From assembly GCF_009914755.1 (NCBI RefSeq), contig NC_060925.1: a stretch of DNA of 64,000 bases, one strand, 5' to 3'. Below, one piece after another: positions 13,381 through 25,580 of this stretch. Position numbers and translations under genes: made by a program. Below the pieces are notes generated by a model. It searched no databases and was not told the DNA's origin. It was given only the letters and a program-made list of their open reading frames with translations. Each line of letters opens with the position of its first letter. The stretch's first letter is position 1. This DNA comes from the human T2T-CHM13v2.0 reference genome, Homo sapiens.

Positions 13381-14305
13381 CTAAAAAGTTCCAGTTATGA
13401 AGAAGCATGTTCTCTTTCACACTGGATTCACGAATCTTTTCCAAAAATGGGATGACAGAAAGAGCCTGATAGTGTGGCTTGAAAAAAGTGTCTACTGGAT
13501 TCTCATATCTGTATTCTAGATTTAGCCCAGGAAAAATAAAAAGGGAACCCCAAGTATTCATGTGATAAGGAGCCAGAGAGAAGAGGAAATAAAGATCTCT
13601 TTGTGAAAGACCAAAAAGATTGTCATATAGTTTTGACTAAGTCTCTTCATTCAATTTAGTAACTGAGCAAGCCCAACACTGTGAAGACACATGTGAAGGA
13701 AGAGGACATTGTCACCAACCCAAAAATACTGTCTAGTATTTTTTTAATTGGAAATTTTAGGGGTTCATTTTAAATTACAAGATGAATCCCCAAGTGCATT
13801 ATCTCTATCCAGGACTGCTCAATTTTGGTGTGTGTGAGAACATAGTGTTCTGCTTTGATGAGATATCTGGAAATACAAGATGTTTCGGAGTGTAAAAAGT
13901 GCTTCTATGAACCCCAATGTGAGAAAATGCTAAATATGAAATGGATATTAGAAAGTACAGTTTCTGCTGGTACTATCAAAAGCACCCTTTATAAAAGGGA
14001 TCACTGCACTAGAACACAATTTACTCAGCACAGAGGTTCTGGTCATATCAACACAAATTCAATTTTCCTTAGAGAGGAAATGCCACGTTATTTTAGTGTT
14101 ATGCAGATATGTCAGGGGTACATTTGTACATAACTGCTCTATAATTTCATAAGTATTTTATTTCCACATATTTCTTTGAAAGATTTGAAGGAGTGGTGGG
14201 GGCTGGGCTTTATCCTAGTTTTAGGATTTGGAACAAGTCACTTAACCTCTTTAAGCCTTAATCTCAAGGTATGGTGCACATAGAAGGTGCTCACCAAATA
14301 TTTGT

Positions 14306-14420
14306 CTGGAGAAAGGAAGGATGAGAGAGGGAGGGAGAAAGGAAAGAAGGGGGAAATGAAGGGAGAGAAGGAAAAAAATGGAAGGAGGGAGGGGAGAGGG
14401 CAGCAAGAATGGAAGCAGAA
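14306..14420. repeat. GA-rich low-complexity tract
   Basis: Almost pure purine run (GGAGAAAGGAAGG...). Confidence 0.8.
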
Positions 14421-15002
14421 AAAGTTCCCTCCTTTACTCTCCTCTTTTTGTACTTCCATTCTTTCCACACTGTTTCAATTCCAAGTGTTTTAGATATTTC
14501 CATGCCATGCCAAACACAAAACAGGTCATCAACAAATTAATGAAAACTTGAAAAATTCAATAGACTAGCAAATGTAATTGTGGCAATATGGCAAATAAAA
14601 TTCAATCACTTCCACAATTATTAAGTTACCCATTAGCTAACAAATTTTGTATGTCTATTCTAGAAATAATGAGGACAAAGAAGACCTCGTTCCTAAGTTA
14701 TGAAGTCTGTAATTTACTTTAAAACACTTCATCATAATCTGTCTGATATGTATGTACCAGTTTGTTTATATTCTGATTTAAGGAGTAGTCAGCTAAAATG
14801 CTATCAAAATGCCAAGTCCTACATAGTCACCAGCATTTTATCAGAAAGGTCCCACTCCAAAGTCTTTTTGCTATCTGCATGTTAATTACCAATGATTTAA
14901 TTAGCATTGTGGATGTAAAAAAGAATTTTTCATTGATGAAAGTAATGACTGAATTCGCATGATGAATGCTAAAGATGAACTCATTGGTAAAATCAAAGAT
15001 TT

Positions 15003-15612
15003 TCAAAAGAAGATATACTTGCAGCCAACAATATGAAAAAAAGCTCAACATCACTAATCATTAGAGAAATCCAAATGAAAACCACAATGAGATACCATCT
15101 CACATCAGTCAGAATGGCTATTATTAAAAAGTCAAAAAATAACAGATGCTGGCAAGGTTGCAGAAAAAAGGGAATGCTTATATTCTGCTAGTTAGAATGT
15201 AAATTAGTTTAACCATTGTGGAAAGCATTTTGGTGATTTCTCCAAGAACTTAAAACAGAATTGTCATTTGACCCAGCAATCCCATTGTTGGATATACACC
15301 CAAAAGAATATAAATCACTCTATCATAAAGACATATGCACATGTATGTTCATCCCAGCACTATTCACAATAGCAAAGAAACGGAATCAACTTAAACACTG
15401 AGTATATATGGACACAAAGAAGGAAACAATAGACACTGGGGCCTACTTAAAGGTGAAGGGTGAGAGGAGGGTCACGATCAAAAAACTACCTATGGGATAT
15501 TATTCTTATTACCTGGGTGATGAAATAATCTGTACACCAAACCACTGTGACATGCGATTTACTTATAACAAACCTGCATATGTACCTCCTGAACCTAGAA
15601 TAAAAGTTTAAA
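15003..15612 (+). mobile_element. Old L1 3' end (L1PA15/16 or L1PB-like) with an internal deletion
   Basis: ORF2 C-terminal homology (AAAACCACAATGAGATACCATCTCAC) then 3'UTR ending CCTGAACCTAGAATAAAAG. Confidence 0.85.
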
Positions 15613-18059
15613 AAGAGACTTTCAAGCTATGTGGGTTAACTAAAATAGCTTGGAGATACTTCCCACTCTTGAATGAGTAGGGTACAGGACTCTAGTAAGG
15701 CCTGCACCCTCTCCCCCAGTGGCTTATTCTTAATGGATTTAGAGTCCAGCCCTTGGTTTAAAACAGTTTCTGCTTGGAGCATGTCAACTTGGGGACCCAG
15801 AATCCCACTGTGGCTGTGCCCACACTTTCATACAGGATTTCATGAACTAAAAACTTCTCAAGGACGGAGAGATGGGAATTCACTGAACTTAGAGAACTTA
15901 GAGAACGGAATATGTAAACTGTTGCTTAATAAGTTGTTATTAAATAACTATGCACAGCAGAATTTGTTCTGACACTTGAATTTAATTCATTATAACATCA
16001 TCACCATGAACTTCAGTTGGTGTCTGGATACCTTATCTAGTAAAAATAACCTAAAAGCTGGGCATGACCAAATTGGCTTGAATCAGATAACACCACATGA
16101 CTTTGAGATGCTCAAGTCTAGTTATGGAAATGTAAATAAAATACAATATAAAGTATAATATAAAGTTATTTGAGTTTCACAACTTGTTTAAATGATGAAA
16201 GGATCATAGAAGAGAATGCAGTTATTCAACTGACAGAGTCCAAGAGACCTACATAAAGGCATTGGTGCTAGCTTGGAAGAATATATCAGAATATTCCAGG
16301 AAGTTGTTTTTTGGTTTTGTGGGGGTGAGGGAAGCATAATAGAGGTGAGAAGAAAGGAACATAAAAATGAATTCATACAAGAAACTACAAATGTATTATA
16401 CACACACATACACTACCCCCACCCACACATACATACACATGCTTAACTCTTACATGTTGTATCAGTGAGAAAATCCCATAATAAATTATCTACAGAGTTT
16501 CAAATGTACCTGGCCTGGAGAATAAAACTCTAGAGTCCTGTTTTTGCCACCAAAAAAAAATGGTGATTTTACTGACAGTGATTCTTAAACTACATCTGTC
16601 ATAATAAGACTAAAAAAGTAACCAGCCTGCTGAGTGAAAACTGGCATTCTCACAAAAAGTTTAAATAGTACTGAATATAGAACTCCACTTCACATATGTT
16701 AAAATATCTTTCATAATAATGATACTCCTTAGGATTTTCCAAAGTCTGTTATAAGGGTGCTGCTAACTATAGGTTAAGATCCTAACTCTGACCTCAGAAC
16801 TTACCTTCTCAACCTGTATAAATGGGAATGATGAGCTGGGAAAATTTAGTTCTACTGGCTATTCCACTGGTCTTAGGAATCAATAAACTTTTATCTTTAA
16901 ACATAGATTATTTTCTTCTTTTTATGTTTGGTTGTAACTAAACTTATATATTAACAAGCATGTGGATATTGTAAGAACATATTGATGTATACTCAATATG
17001 TTTTAACTCTCCCTTGCCTGCTAGGAATGCCATCATTTATGCTATAAATCAAATCAGTGGGCAACTGCAGCCAACAGAGCATTGGACCTGAAGTAATAGG
17101 TTCAGATCCTAGATATGTCATTTACCAACTGGAGCAAATTACTAAAGCTCCCTGCATATGTTCCTACATATGCTATCTGAAAGGATTAAAGAGTAAATGG
17201 TTTACCTCATTCATTCAACAAAAATGATTAAGTACACATAATGTCATTTGCTCTGCATTATCAATAAAAATTATTAGCATTTATGTAAAACAAACTAGCT
17301 ATCACTTATCAAGCACTTAGTGCATGTAAACATTTAACTCTTATCAGGTATCAGGTTAAGTATTATTTCAATTTTACAGATTAAAAAAACTGAGGCTTGG
17401 ATATGTAATTTTAAGTATTTGTGTCTGAACTTCCGAAGGGCAGAGATATGCCTTACTTACTTTAGAAGCACTATACCTATTACATAGTAGATACATTGTC
17501 GTCTTTCAAAACTTTTGCAAATAATGTGTTTGTGGCACAGTACCAATTTAAAAATTAATATGATACACGACATACTTAATACATGGTATCAGCTATGCTC
17601 CCTAGAAACATTATTTATTTCAAAGTACAAAATGAACGAGATGATTCTTTCTAATCATGTTGACAATACTCAGAGCTTATTGAAATATTTTGAAAACAGC
17701 CTTGGGTATTGCATTAATAATTAGTTAGGAGACCATTTTACATTTTTTTAATCTTTGCTATTCTTTCTATAGGAAAATCAGGAAAAAAAGTATAAAAATC
17801 TTACTCATTTTTCCACACCACAGACTAAGGCTGGCAAAGTAGTGCTGCAAGCAGTGCTAACCATCTCCAATGACCAGGTAGCTACATAACCCATGTAACC
17901 TGCTCACATTATATTTTCCTTATATGTATGAAGTGGTTTATTGTCTCCACAGTGTTTTCTCAACCATTTCATTCTCACAACAGCACTGAAAAGTAGGAAG
18001 AAATAAGTCAATATTTTTCAGATAAGGAACTGGCAAGAGAAGCCACATGGATAGTGAGC

Positions 18060-18300
18060 AATGAAAGACAGAGGGAGAGACAGGAACAGGAAAGAGAGAG
18101 AAGGGTGGAAGAGGTGAAGGGAGAAAAAAACACTAACTGGTGTTATGGTTCTTTGCTTTTCCCTCAGCATCACCATCTCCTTAGCAGTATGCAAAGGAGA
18201 GAAAATAAGTGGAAAAAGAGACAAAGAGGAATGAAGAGAGAAAGGGAAAAAGAAAGGGAGGGAAACAGGAAAGAAGGGAGAAAAATGAGTATGAGTGAAA
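18060..18300. repeat. GA-rich low-complexity tracts
   Basis: Purine-rich runs; source of the spurious ORFs 18018-18332 and 18054-18308. Confidence 0.7.
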
Positions 18301-19354
18301 GTATCTAAGTGAACCAAAATCCTAAGAGGCACAAGAAGGAGTCACTGCACCCCCAAATCTAGTGCCAGGTCTCATTTTAAAAAGCATGCCTTAGAAACAG
18401 AAGTACCTCCACCTCTCCATATACCACGGTTTGCAGATCTAGAACCAGAGGGTGGTTCCACATAAAGGTGGTGCTTATAGCACTGTAGTAGTGTGTGTTA
18501 CTGAGATGAGACACATGCCTTTAAATCAAAACAATAGAAATATCTTTGAATCCCTTCTGCTGCCACCTACTCCTCTACAACATTTCCAAGCTTAATAGGA
18601 AACAAACGATTTCCTACACCACCCATTGAAATCATCATCTACGATAGAACACGAAGTTTTCCATCGAAGCAGGAACATTGAAATCGAGGATAAAAGGTTT
18701 GAGAAAATTTTGACTCCTGGTACTGAATCACTATGAGTAAAATCTTTAAAGACTAATTAACATGTTAGGATAAAAGTATATAACAAAAAATGAAATGCAC
18801 AGCCTTTGGTGATTCTGCCATTGCCATCACGGGACTCCAGATTGGTCATCTAACCTCTTCCAAATCTCTTTCATAAATTTGTTGTGAAAATTGATTACAT
18901 TAATGAATTTAAATAATTAGAGTCTGACATACAGTAATCTCACTAAACTTCTATTTCTCATTTATAAAATAAATATATTTAATGTTAGTCCCCAATATGA
19001 TTAAGGAAAGTACTATCCTGGGGAGTATTAAATGAAGCAATGGGTTAAATGCACCTAACACAGTGGCTGGTGTATAAGAAATGCATGACCAATTTTAGCT
19101 AATGTTAGCCCACTTGGACAAACAGAGGAGTCACCAAAGATAGGAATCATTAATTTCATTCTAAGAACTGAATTCTGCTTAAGTTTTGCTTTTCTTCCTA
19201 TTCAGACTCCCAATTTGTGAGGGTCAGTAGACTAAACTAGGTGGTTTCTATCCACATTTAATTTCTTACCAGCCTTGGAATCCACTAACAAACAAAAGTA
19301 GTTTGCTAGGTGCTTTAAAGAGGTTTCCTGATTAATCAACACAGCCTTGGAAAG

Positions 19355-19720
19355 CCTAATAGGAGCTAACACGTATACAGCTGGGCACTGCTCTGATACT
19401 TACACATGTTAACCCATTTCATACTCAGTAATCCTGTGAGGCCAGTACTTATATTTACCTCAATTTTACAATAGAGAAAACGGAGGCATGGAGAGGCTAA
19501 CTGGCTCAAATTCTCACAGCTGGAAAGTAGCAGATCTGGCCTTCAAACCCAAGAAGGCTCCAGAGTCTGTGATCTTAACCTGTGCATGTACTGAGTCTCC
19601 AAGAGGTGGGTGTTTTTATGTTCAGTTTATGAATGAGAACATTTTGACTGAGGTTACATGGCTAGTAAGTGGGAGAAACCAGGATAAGAATCCAGACACA
19701 TCTGAAACCCATGTCTGTGC
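19355..19720 (-). mobile_element. MIR fragments
   Basis: ATTTTACAATAGAGAAAACGGAGGCATGGAGAGG...TTCAAACCCAAG, matching the reverse MIR core; a second partial copy follows. Confidence 0.65.
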
Positions 19721-21234
19721 TTTTTCTCCTACACCACACCACGGGAATGTTCCAGGAATGGGGATGGGCAGTGATGCCCAAGGCAGGGTTTGGGGGAAAA
19801 GAGGTCTATGGGAAAGCTTTAGGCAGGTTGATCCAATGGGGAGCTCTAGGTATGAGATGACTTTCTATCATCTATCTGTACCACATACAATGACGCCAGC
19901 ACCCTTGGGATAGCAGCAGTAGCTACATTTCTCAAATCTGAGTCTCCGGGTCCAGAGGGAGCTTCCTGGAGTGGCAGATATAAATAATCTGAGATGTACC
20001 TTAATGTTCACACCTGCCGTGCTCAGTGTCCAGGGCTGCCTTGGTTGGTGCTGGTTTTCTTTATCTTTATTCTAGCTTTGTGAAGATGGTGATCTAGCTT
20101 CATTTCCTTTAAATCATCTATGTTGCTCAGAGATCTAAGGAACAATAGCTGCTAGCGGCCACTGTATCCAAATTTGGGGAGCAGAAACCACTGTCATCAC
20201 CAGTTCTTTTCATCAATGAACACCAAGGATCACTAACTAAACCTGTATCTGTACAAGCAATGTCCAGTGCTCTGGCAAATGCTATACAGAACAAACTGAA
20301 CAGTACCTATTTTCAAAGAGTATATAAACTATATCATCTCTGTAAATAAGCCCAAATTACAGGCGTTTTCTGAAAATGCAATTGAAGTAATATTAGACAA
20401 TGCAAAATAAACTTGGAGATGAAGAGTTTGAAATTATGTACTTTGATAACATTAGAGTACTATACACTGCTACCTAAAAAAATGTCCTAAACCACCACCC
20501 ATCAAACTTTATCTCTGCTAAATTCCTACCAAACTGAGAAAATCTCTCAGCCTGGCATGGCATTTCAGGTCTTATCAATGTGACCCCAGCCTTCACCTTC
20601 AGATGTATACGCCATTTTCCCCACACACCACTCTTAGAAACAAACAAACCAACTGCTGTTTCAAGAGTGCAGTCTCCATTTGCTGCCTCCAAGGGGTTGT
20701 TCACGGAGCTGTTCACGGAGTGATGTCCTAACTCAAATTCCATTTCAGTCTCTCCTTCAAGACACACCTTAAATACCACCATCTTCTCCATGAAGCCTTT
20801 CCTCATGTCTCCAAACAAAAGTGATCTATCTCCTCCTCTTCTGAACCACTAGAGGTCTTTGTGGTATATACAGATGCATGGATATGCATATATACATACA
20901 TATGTATAACTTCTGTCATAATTACTTATATTATGATCTGCGGTATGTTTATCTAATTTCACAAATTAGACTGTAAATGCCTTAGGATCAGTTACTATGG
21001 TTTACTTCTGAAGTTGCCTTTATAACCTCTACTCAGCCAGATATAATGCTTGGAACACATGAATTCAATAAATTTTTACTGAATTATTATTTTCTTAATA
21101 ACAATAATGTTAATGATGTAGTGAACTCTTATGGAGTATCAACTATGGGCCAAAGATGACATTTACATATTGTAACTAATTTGATATTCAAAACCTTGTC
21201 AATAAGGGAATTGAGGCTTAAAGAGCTTAAATAG

Positions 21235-21572
<338 letters not shown>

Positions 21573-21807
21573 CCCAACTCTTAACAATGCAGCAGAGTGT
21601 GCTTTGGATTTAAATCCAAATTTACTAGACTCGGAACCTGAGCCCTAGTCAGCATTATATAAAAGTGATAAAATTCAAAATATATATTGTTTTTAATTTT
21701 TACATAAATGAATTTAGCAAGTATGAAACAAATCTGTAGACTGTGGTAGTGAGGAGAATGACTTTTCAAAATTACTCTCAAGAACTAGAAATGAGTTTGA
21801 AAGTTAA

Positions 21808-21809
<2 letters not shown>

Positions 21810-21849
<40 letters not shown>
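21810..21849. repeat. (AT)20 microsatellite
   Basis: Perfect dinucleotide run. Confidence 0.97.
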
Positions 21850-21852
<3 letters not shown>

Positions 21853-23197
21853 GCTTTATTACTACAGGACAAAAAATGTAAAAGAGACTATTTGAGGCAT
21901 TTATTTAGAAGAACGATTCATGAGCGAATTGAATTTTCATCCTGTAATAGAAAAACCACACTTGAGAGTATGACAGAGTAGGGGGAGAATTCTGGGTGTA
22001 ACATTCTTAGCCTTGGTCCTTGGAGAAGATACTTAATCTTTCTAAGCCATCATGTTCCCAAATGTTAGATAAGAATAATAATTATTGCTTTCAGAGATAA
22101 TGCAAATATTAGAAGGATATAAGGTATGTAGAAAGTTTATTAGAGTATATGGAAGAAAGTAGTAACTCAACAAATGATGGGTACTGTTAATATTATTATT
22201 ATTATTTTGATGCCCAAGTGAGCATGCTAACCCAGCGTTCTTGAGAAGAGTGGAGAGGCAGAGCTGCCCTTACTGCTCCCAGCTCCTCACATGGTGACAG
22301 AGTGCACTATTCCTAGAAGCAGAAGGGAAAACAAACGCCAGCAGCACAGCCATCCTCCCAAACCTACCACTTCCTTCTCTTCTAAACTGATTCCCAAACC
22401 CATTCTCTTGTACCTAAAAGAACTAAAAGCCAAAACATCGAAATCAAGTTGGATTCTGACTTCAGAAAAATCTATCCACTTATATTCTCAATGCCTGCCT
22501 GACCAGCCAGCTTCCACCTTCTTTCAGAGAACAAGCTCTTTGGAAGCAATGTAAGTCGCATGGCATTCAGGCATCCGTCCTATAGGCATACAAATGCCAT
22601 ACCCACCTTTTTTTTCGTTTTCAGATATTCCTTATTATCTGAACCTCACTTTCTTCAAATATTAATTGGAGATAATATCTCCTGAAAGAGCTGCTCTGAG
22701 AAATATACGTGACTATGACTATTCGGTACCCAAAATAGAGTAGGCACTAAATAGTGACTAATTCATTCTTTTTCTCCGTCCTACATTCCTCCTAAGTGGA
22801 GAATCATCCAAATCATTGGGTGAGTGTGCTCTCGTCTCTAACTAGCACCTGCCACCATGATTGGATGGTTAGGACTGAAAAGTGCTATCTTATTTAAATA
22901 AGACATAGAATGGGAATTAAAGGATGAGTTACAGACATTATTGATTATAGCTATGACCAAACCAATGAGCTGAAAGTGACAGGCTCTTCCTTTTTCTTTA
23001 AAACAATCCTTGAAAAATATCTGAGCTATTTAGTCTCCTGGAAAACTGTACATGGGAAACCCCGATCTCCAGAAAGTAAAAAGGGCCCCCAAAAATCGAC
23101 CTTTTTTTTTTTCTCTGCCAGCTTGTCAAATGGAGAAAAGAGAACACAAACATGAAGGCTGGATCTGGGGCTTCTAACACATTTTAGCAACTTATTT

Positions 23198-23200
<3 letters not shown>

Positions 23201-23240
<40 letters not shown>
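23201..23240. repeat. (AT)20 microsatellite inside a 52-bp perfect palindrome
   Basis: TTTTAC(AT)20GTAAAA at 23195-23246. Confidence 0.97.
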
Positions 23241-23243
<3 letters not shown>

Positions 23244-24089
23244 AAACATTATCTGGGGCAAGGTCTAACACATTTCAAACCATTATGACAGAGGCAATTT
23301 GAAGTCAACTATCACAGGACATGTGATAAAGTTACTTTAAGGTTATCAAGAAATTACTTGATTTGTTCACTGATTTCTATCTTATGTGTTAGGAACTTTT
23401 CATTATTTTACAAATTAGTAAGTCATTGCTCCTAAAATTAAAAAAAAAGATGAACATCCAAACTTAATGGATTCAACAGACATTCTTAACATTCAATTTA
23501 CACATTTAGCTACTGAAAATAAAACTTCATTCTTCCTTTCCCCTTCATTTTCTTATTTCCCGTTTGTTATCTGTTGAGGGAGAGAGAGAGCGCGCATCAC
23601 AGGAAGGGAACCTCCAATACTTTGTCAATATTAAAGGAACCATAAAATATCAGGTTTTCTAAAGAAACACCAACAATTCTCCTAAGAATAAATATGTAGC
23701 ATATTCACATATGTAAATTACTATAATAAAATTAATATTATTATGTGTAATTTATCCCCAATAATTTCATATGTATATATGTGAGGTGTGTGTATACACG
23801 TGCGTGTATCTGTATAGTCATTCTTTCTCTCACACACACATACACTCAATAAATCCAAAAGGCATGCTCTGTGAGGTTCTAAGAGAAAAGGACTTAAATT
23901 GCCCAGGGAGCGGAGCAGCCTTTAAATAAATCTGAAGTGCTCTTGTAATTGAGGTACAGCTCCTGCTTTTCAGCAAAGCACTGGTGCTGAGGCCTCTTCA
24001 TTTAGAAATTCTCAAATTCTTTTTTCAGATATTTGTTCCCTGGTCAGCTTAGTCCCATTGGCACTTTCACCTGAAAAGGAGGGAGGTGG

Positions 24090-25580
24090 CGAAATAGAAA
24101 TACGTGCCCCGACTCGGGAAGTGGGAGTCCCTTTCACACCCCAGCAATTGATCCCCTCTCTCCTCGCCGGCCCGCCCGCCGCTGCTCTTCTTCCAGGCAC
24201 AATCGAAGAGGAGGCAGTGAGCGAGTCAAGGCCACAGAGTGGATGGAATCAAGGTTCACCCCCAAAGCTCACCTCCTTTGCAACCCGGATCCCCACTCCT
24301 CACCACCTACGGCCCCTCTTCCCTTCCATCCCCGCCCAGTCACCCAACGCTGAAGCCACCGCGGGGTGTGGGGGGGTGACGTGTGGGAAGAGCTGGGGGC
24401 TTCCTTCGCACCCACCCCTCACGCGCCCTAGAATGTCCTCTGGGGAAGGGGCTGCCCATAACTTGGAGGAACTTAGAAGGCAAAACCTACTGCGCCCCAA
24501 CCCTTAGAGGGGCCTCAACCCCGAAGGCGAGGGGCGAGATCAGGGACTCGGCGACGAGGGCGAGCGCCCCCGGGCTTACCACGAGCACGGGGACCCCGGC
24601 GGCCAGCGAGTAGAGGAGCACGGGGGGCACGGCGCTGCTGTCCTCCGGGCCCGGGTAGGGTTTGCGGTAGGCGCTGTCGTGGCAGAAGAAGCCCTGCACG
24701 TTCACTGTGAACGTGTCCGTATACTCGAAGTAGTACGCCAGCATCACCGTCCCTGCCATGATCACCATCTGGAAATAGAGCATGCTGCTGGTGAGCGCCG
24801 CGGGCAGCAGGGGCATGCACGCCTCCCGGGCCGGGCCGAGCCGAGCCGAGCGGGCGGCCGACGCGGTGGGCCCCCTCCCCGGTCCGCCGAGGCAGCCACC
24901 GGGGGCGCGGCGGCGGAGGCGGCGGGAGGACGAGGCACGGGAGGCGGGATGGAGCCGCTGGAGGAAGAGGCGGAGGCAGGTCCGGGCTTCGAGGCGCCGG
25001 CAGGCTGCAGAGGAGGCGGCTACCCCCGGACGAGCCCCCTCTCCCCTGCCCGCCCCCTGCCCGCCGCAAGCGCCGCCCGCCCCGGCGCGGGGTCGCGAGG
25101 GAGGGCGGGGAGTCCCGGGCGACGGGCAGCGGCCGCTGCGCCCCTGCACGAGACCATTCGAGAAGCAGCGGCGCTGGGTCAATCCCCCAGGCTAGCCCGG
25201 AGGAGGCGCTGCGTGGGCGGACGGGGCGGCAGCCGGCGGGACAGCGGCACCTGTACCCCTCACAGGGCGGACGCTGTGGGGCTGGAGAAGCTCCTGGCGG
25301 GGGTAAAATCAAAAGGGGGGGAGGGGAGGCAGTAGAGATGGAGCTTCCAGAAACTCTTCCGAGGCACCAGCTGAGAGGTTTAAGAAACCCGCACAACGCC
25401 TGGGAAAATGGTGCGTGGACGCGTCTTCCGAGCGCAAAGCCCACCAAGGCGCAAAGTGCCGATGCGGCGCCCAGAGTTTCAACTGGTGCGTTCAGCCTGC
25501 ATCCCTCGAATTCCTTGACCCAGCCCGGGGCTGGAGCCTGGCGGTGGTTTCCAGGCGCTGTTAGAAAAATCTCAGCGAGG
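24090..25580. promoter_or_regulatory. CpG island / PLPPR5 promoter, 5'UTR and exon 1
   Basis: Sharp rise in GC and CpG against an AT-rich, CpG-poor background; several GGGCGG/CCGCCC boxes at 25048-25110; spans the ATG. The TSS cannot be fixed from sequence. Confidence 0.9.
24580..24816 (-). CDS. PLPPR5: PLPPR5 (LPPR5/PRG-5) first coding exon, codons 1-79; downstream exons lie outside the window
   Basis: Translates MPLLPAALTSSMLYFQMVIMAGTVMLAYYFEYTDTFTVNVQGFFCHDSAYRKPYPGPEDSSAVPPVLLYSLAAGVPVLV, the recognisable PLPPR5 N-terminus (TM1, GFFCxD motif of the lipid phosphate phosphatase-related family). 237 nt, followed by phase-0 donor GTG|GTAAGC at 24579. Confidence 0.96.

Noticed and set aside
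24487-24579. 30-codon read-through of the PLPPR5 frame into intron 1
   Set aside because: A strong GTAAGC donor precedes it, and short open runs are expected in GC-rich intron starts.
25020-25157. 45-codon out-of-frame upstream ORF on the minus strand (ATG 25157, TAG 25022-25020)
   Set aside because: It overlaps the GC-box cluster and probably starts upstream of the TSS; it cannot be called a uORF without TSS data.
25228-25248. REST/RE1-like site GGCAGCCGGCGGGACAGCGGC
   Set aside because: Only the right half-site (GGACAGCG) matches well; about 13 of 21 positions overall, too weak in GC-rich DNA.
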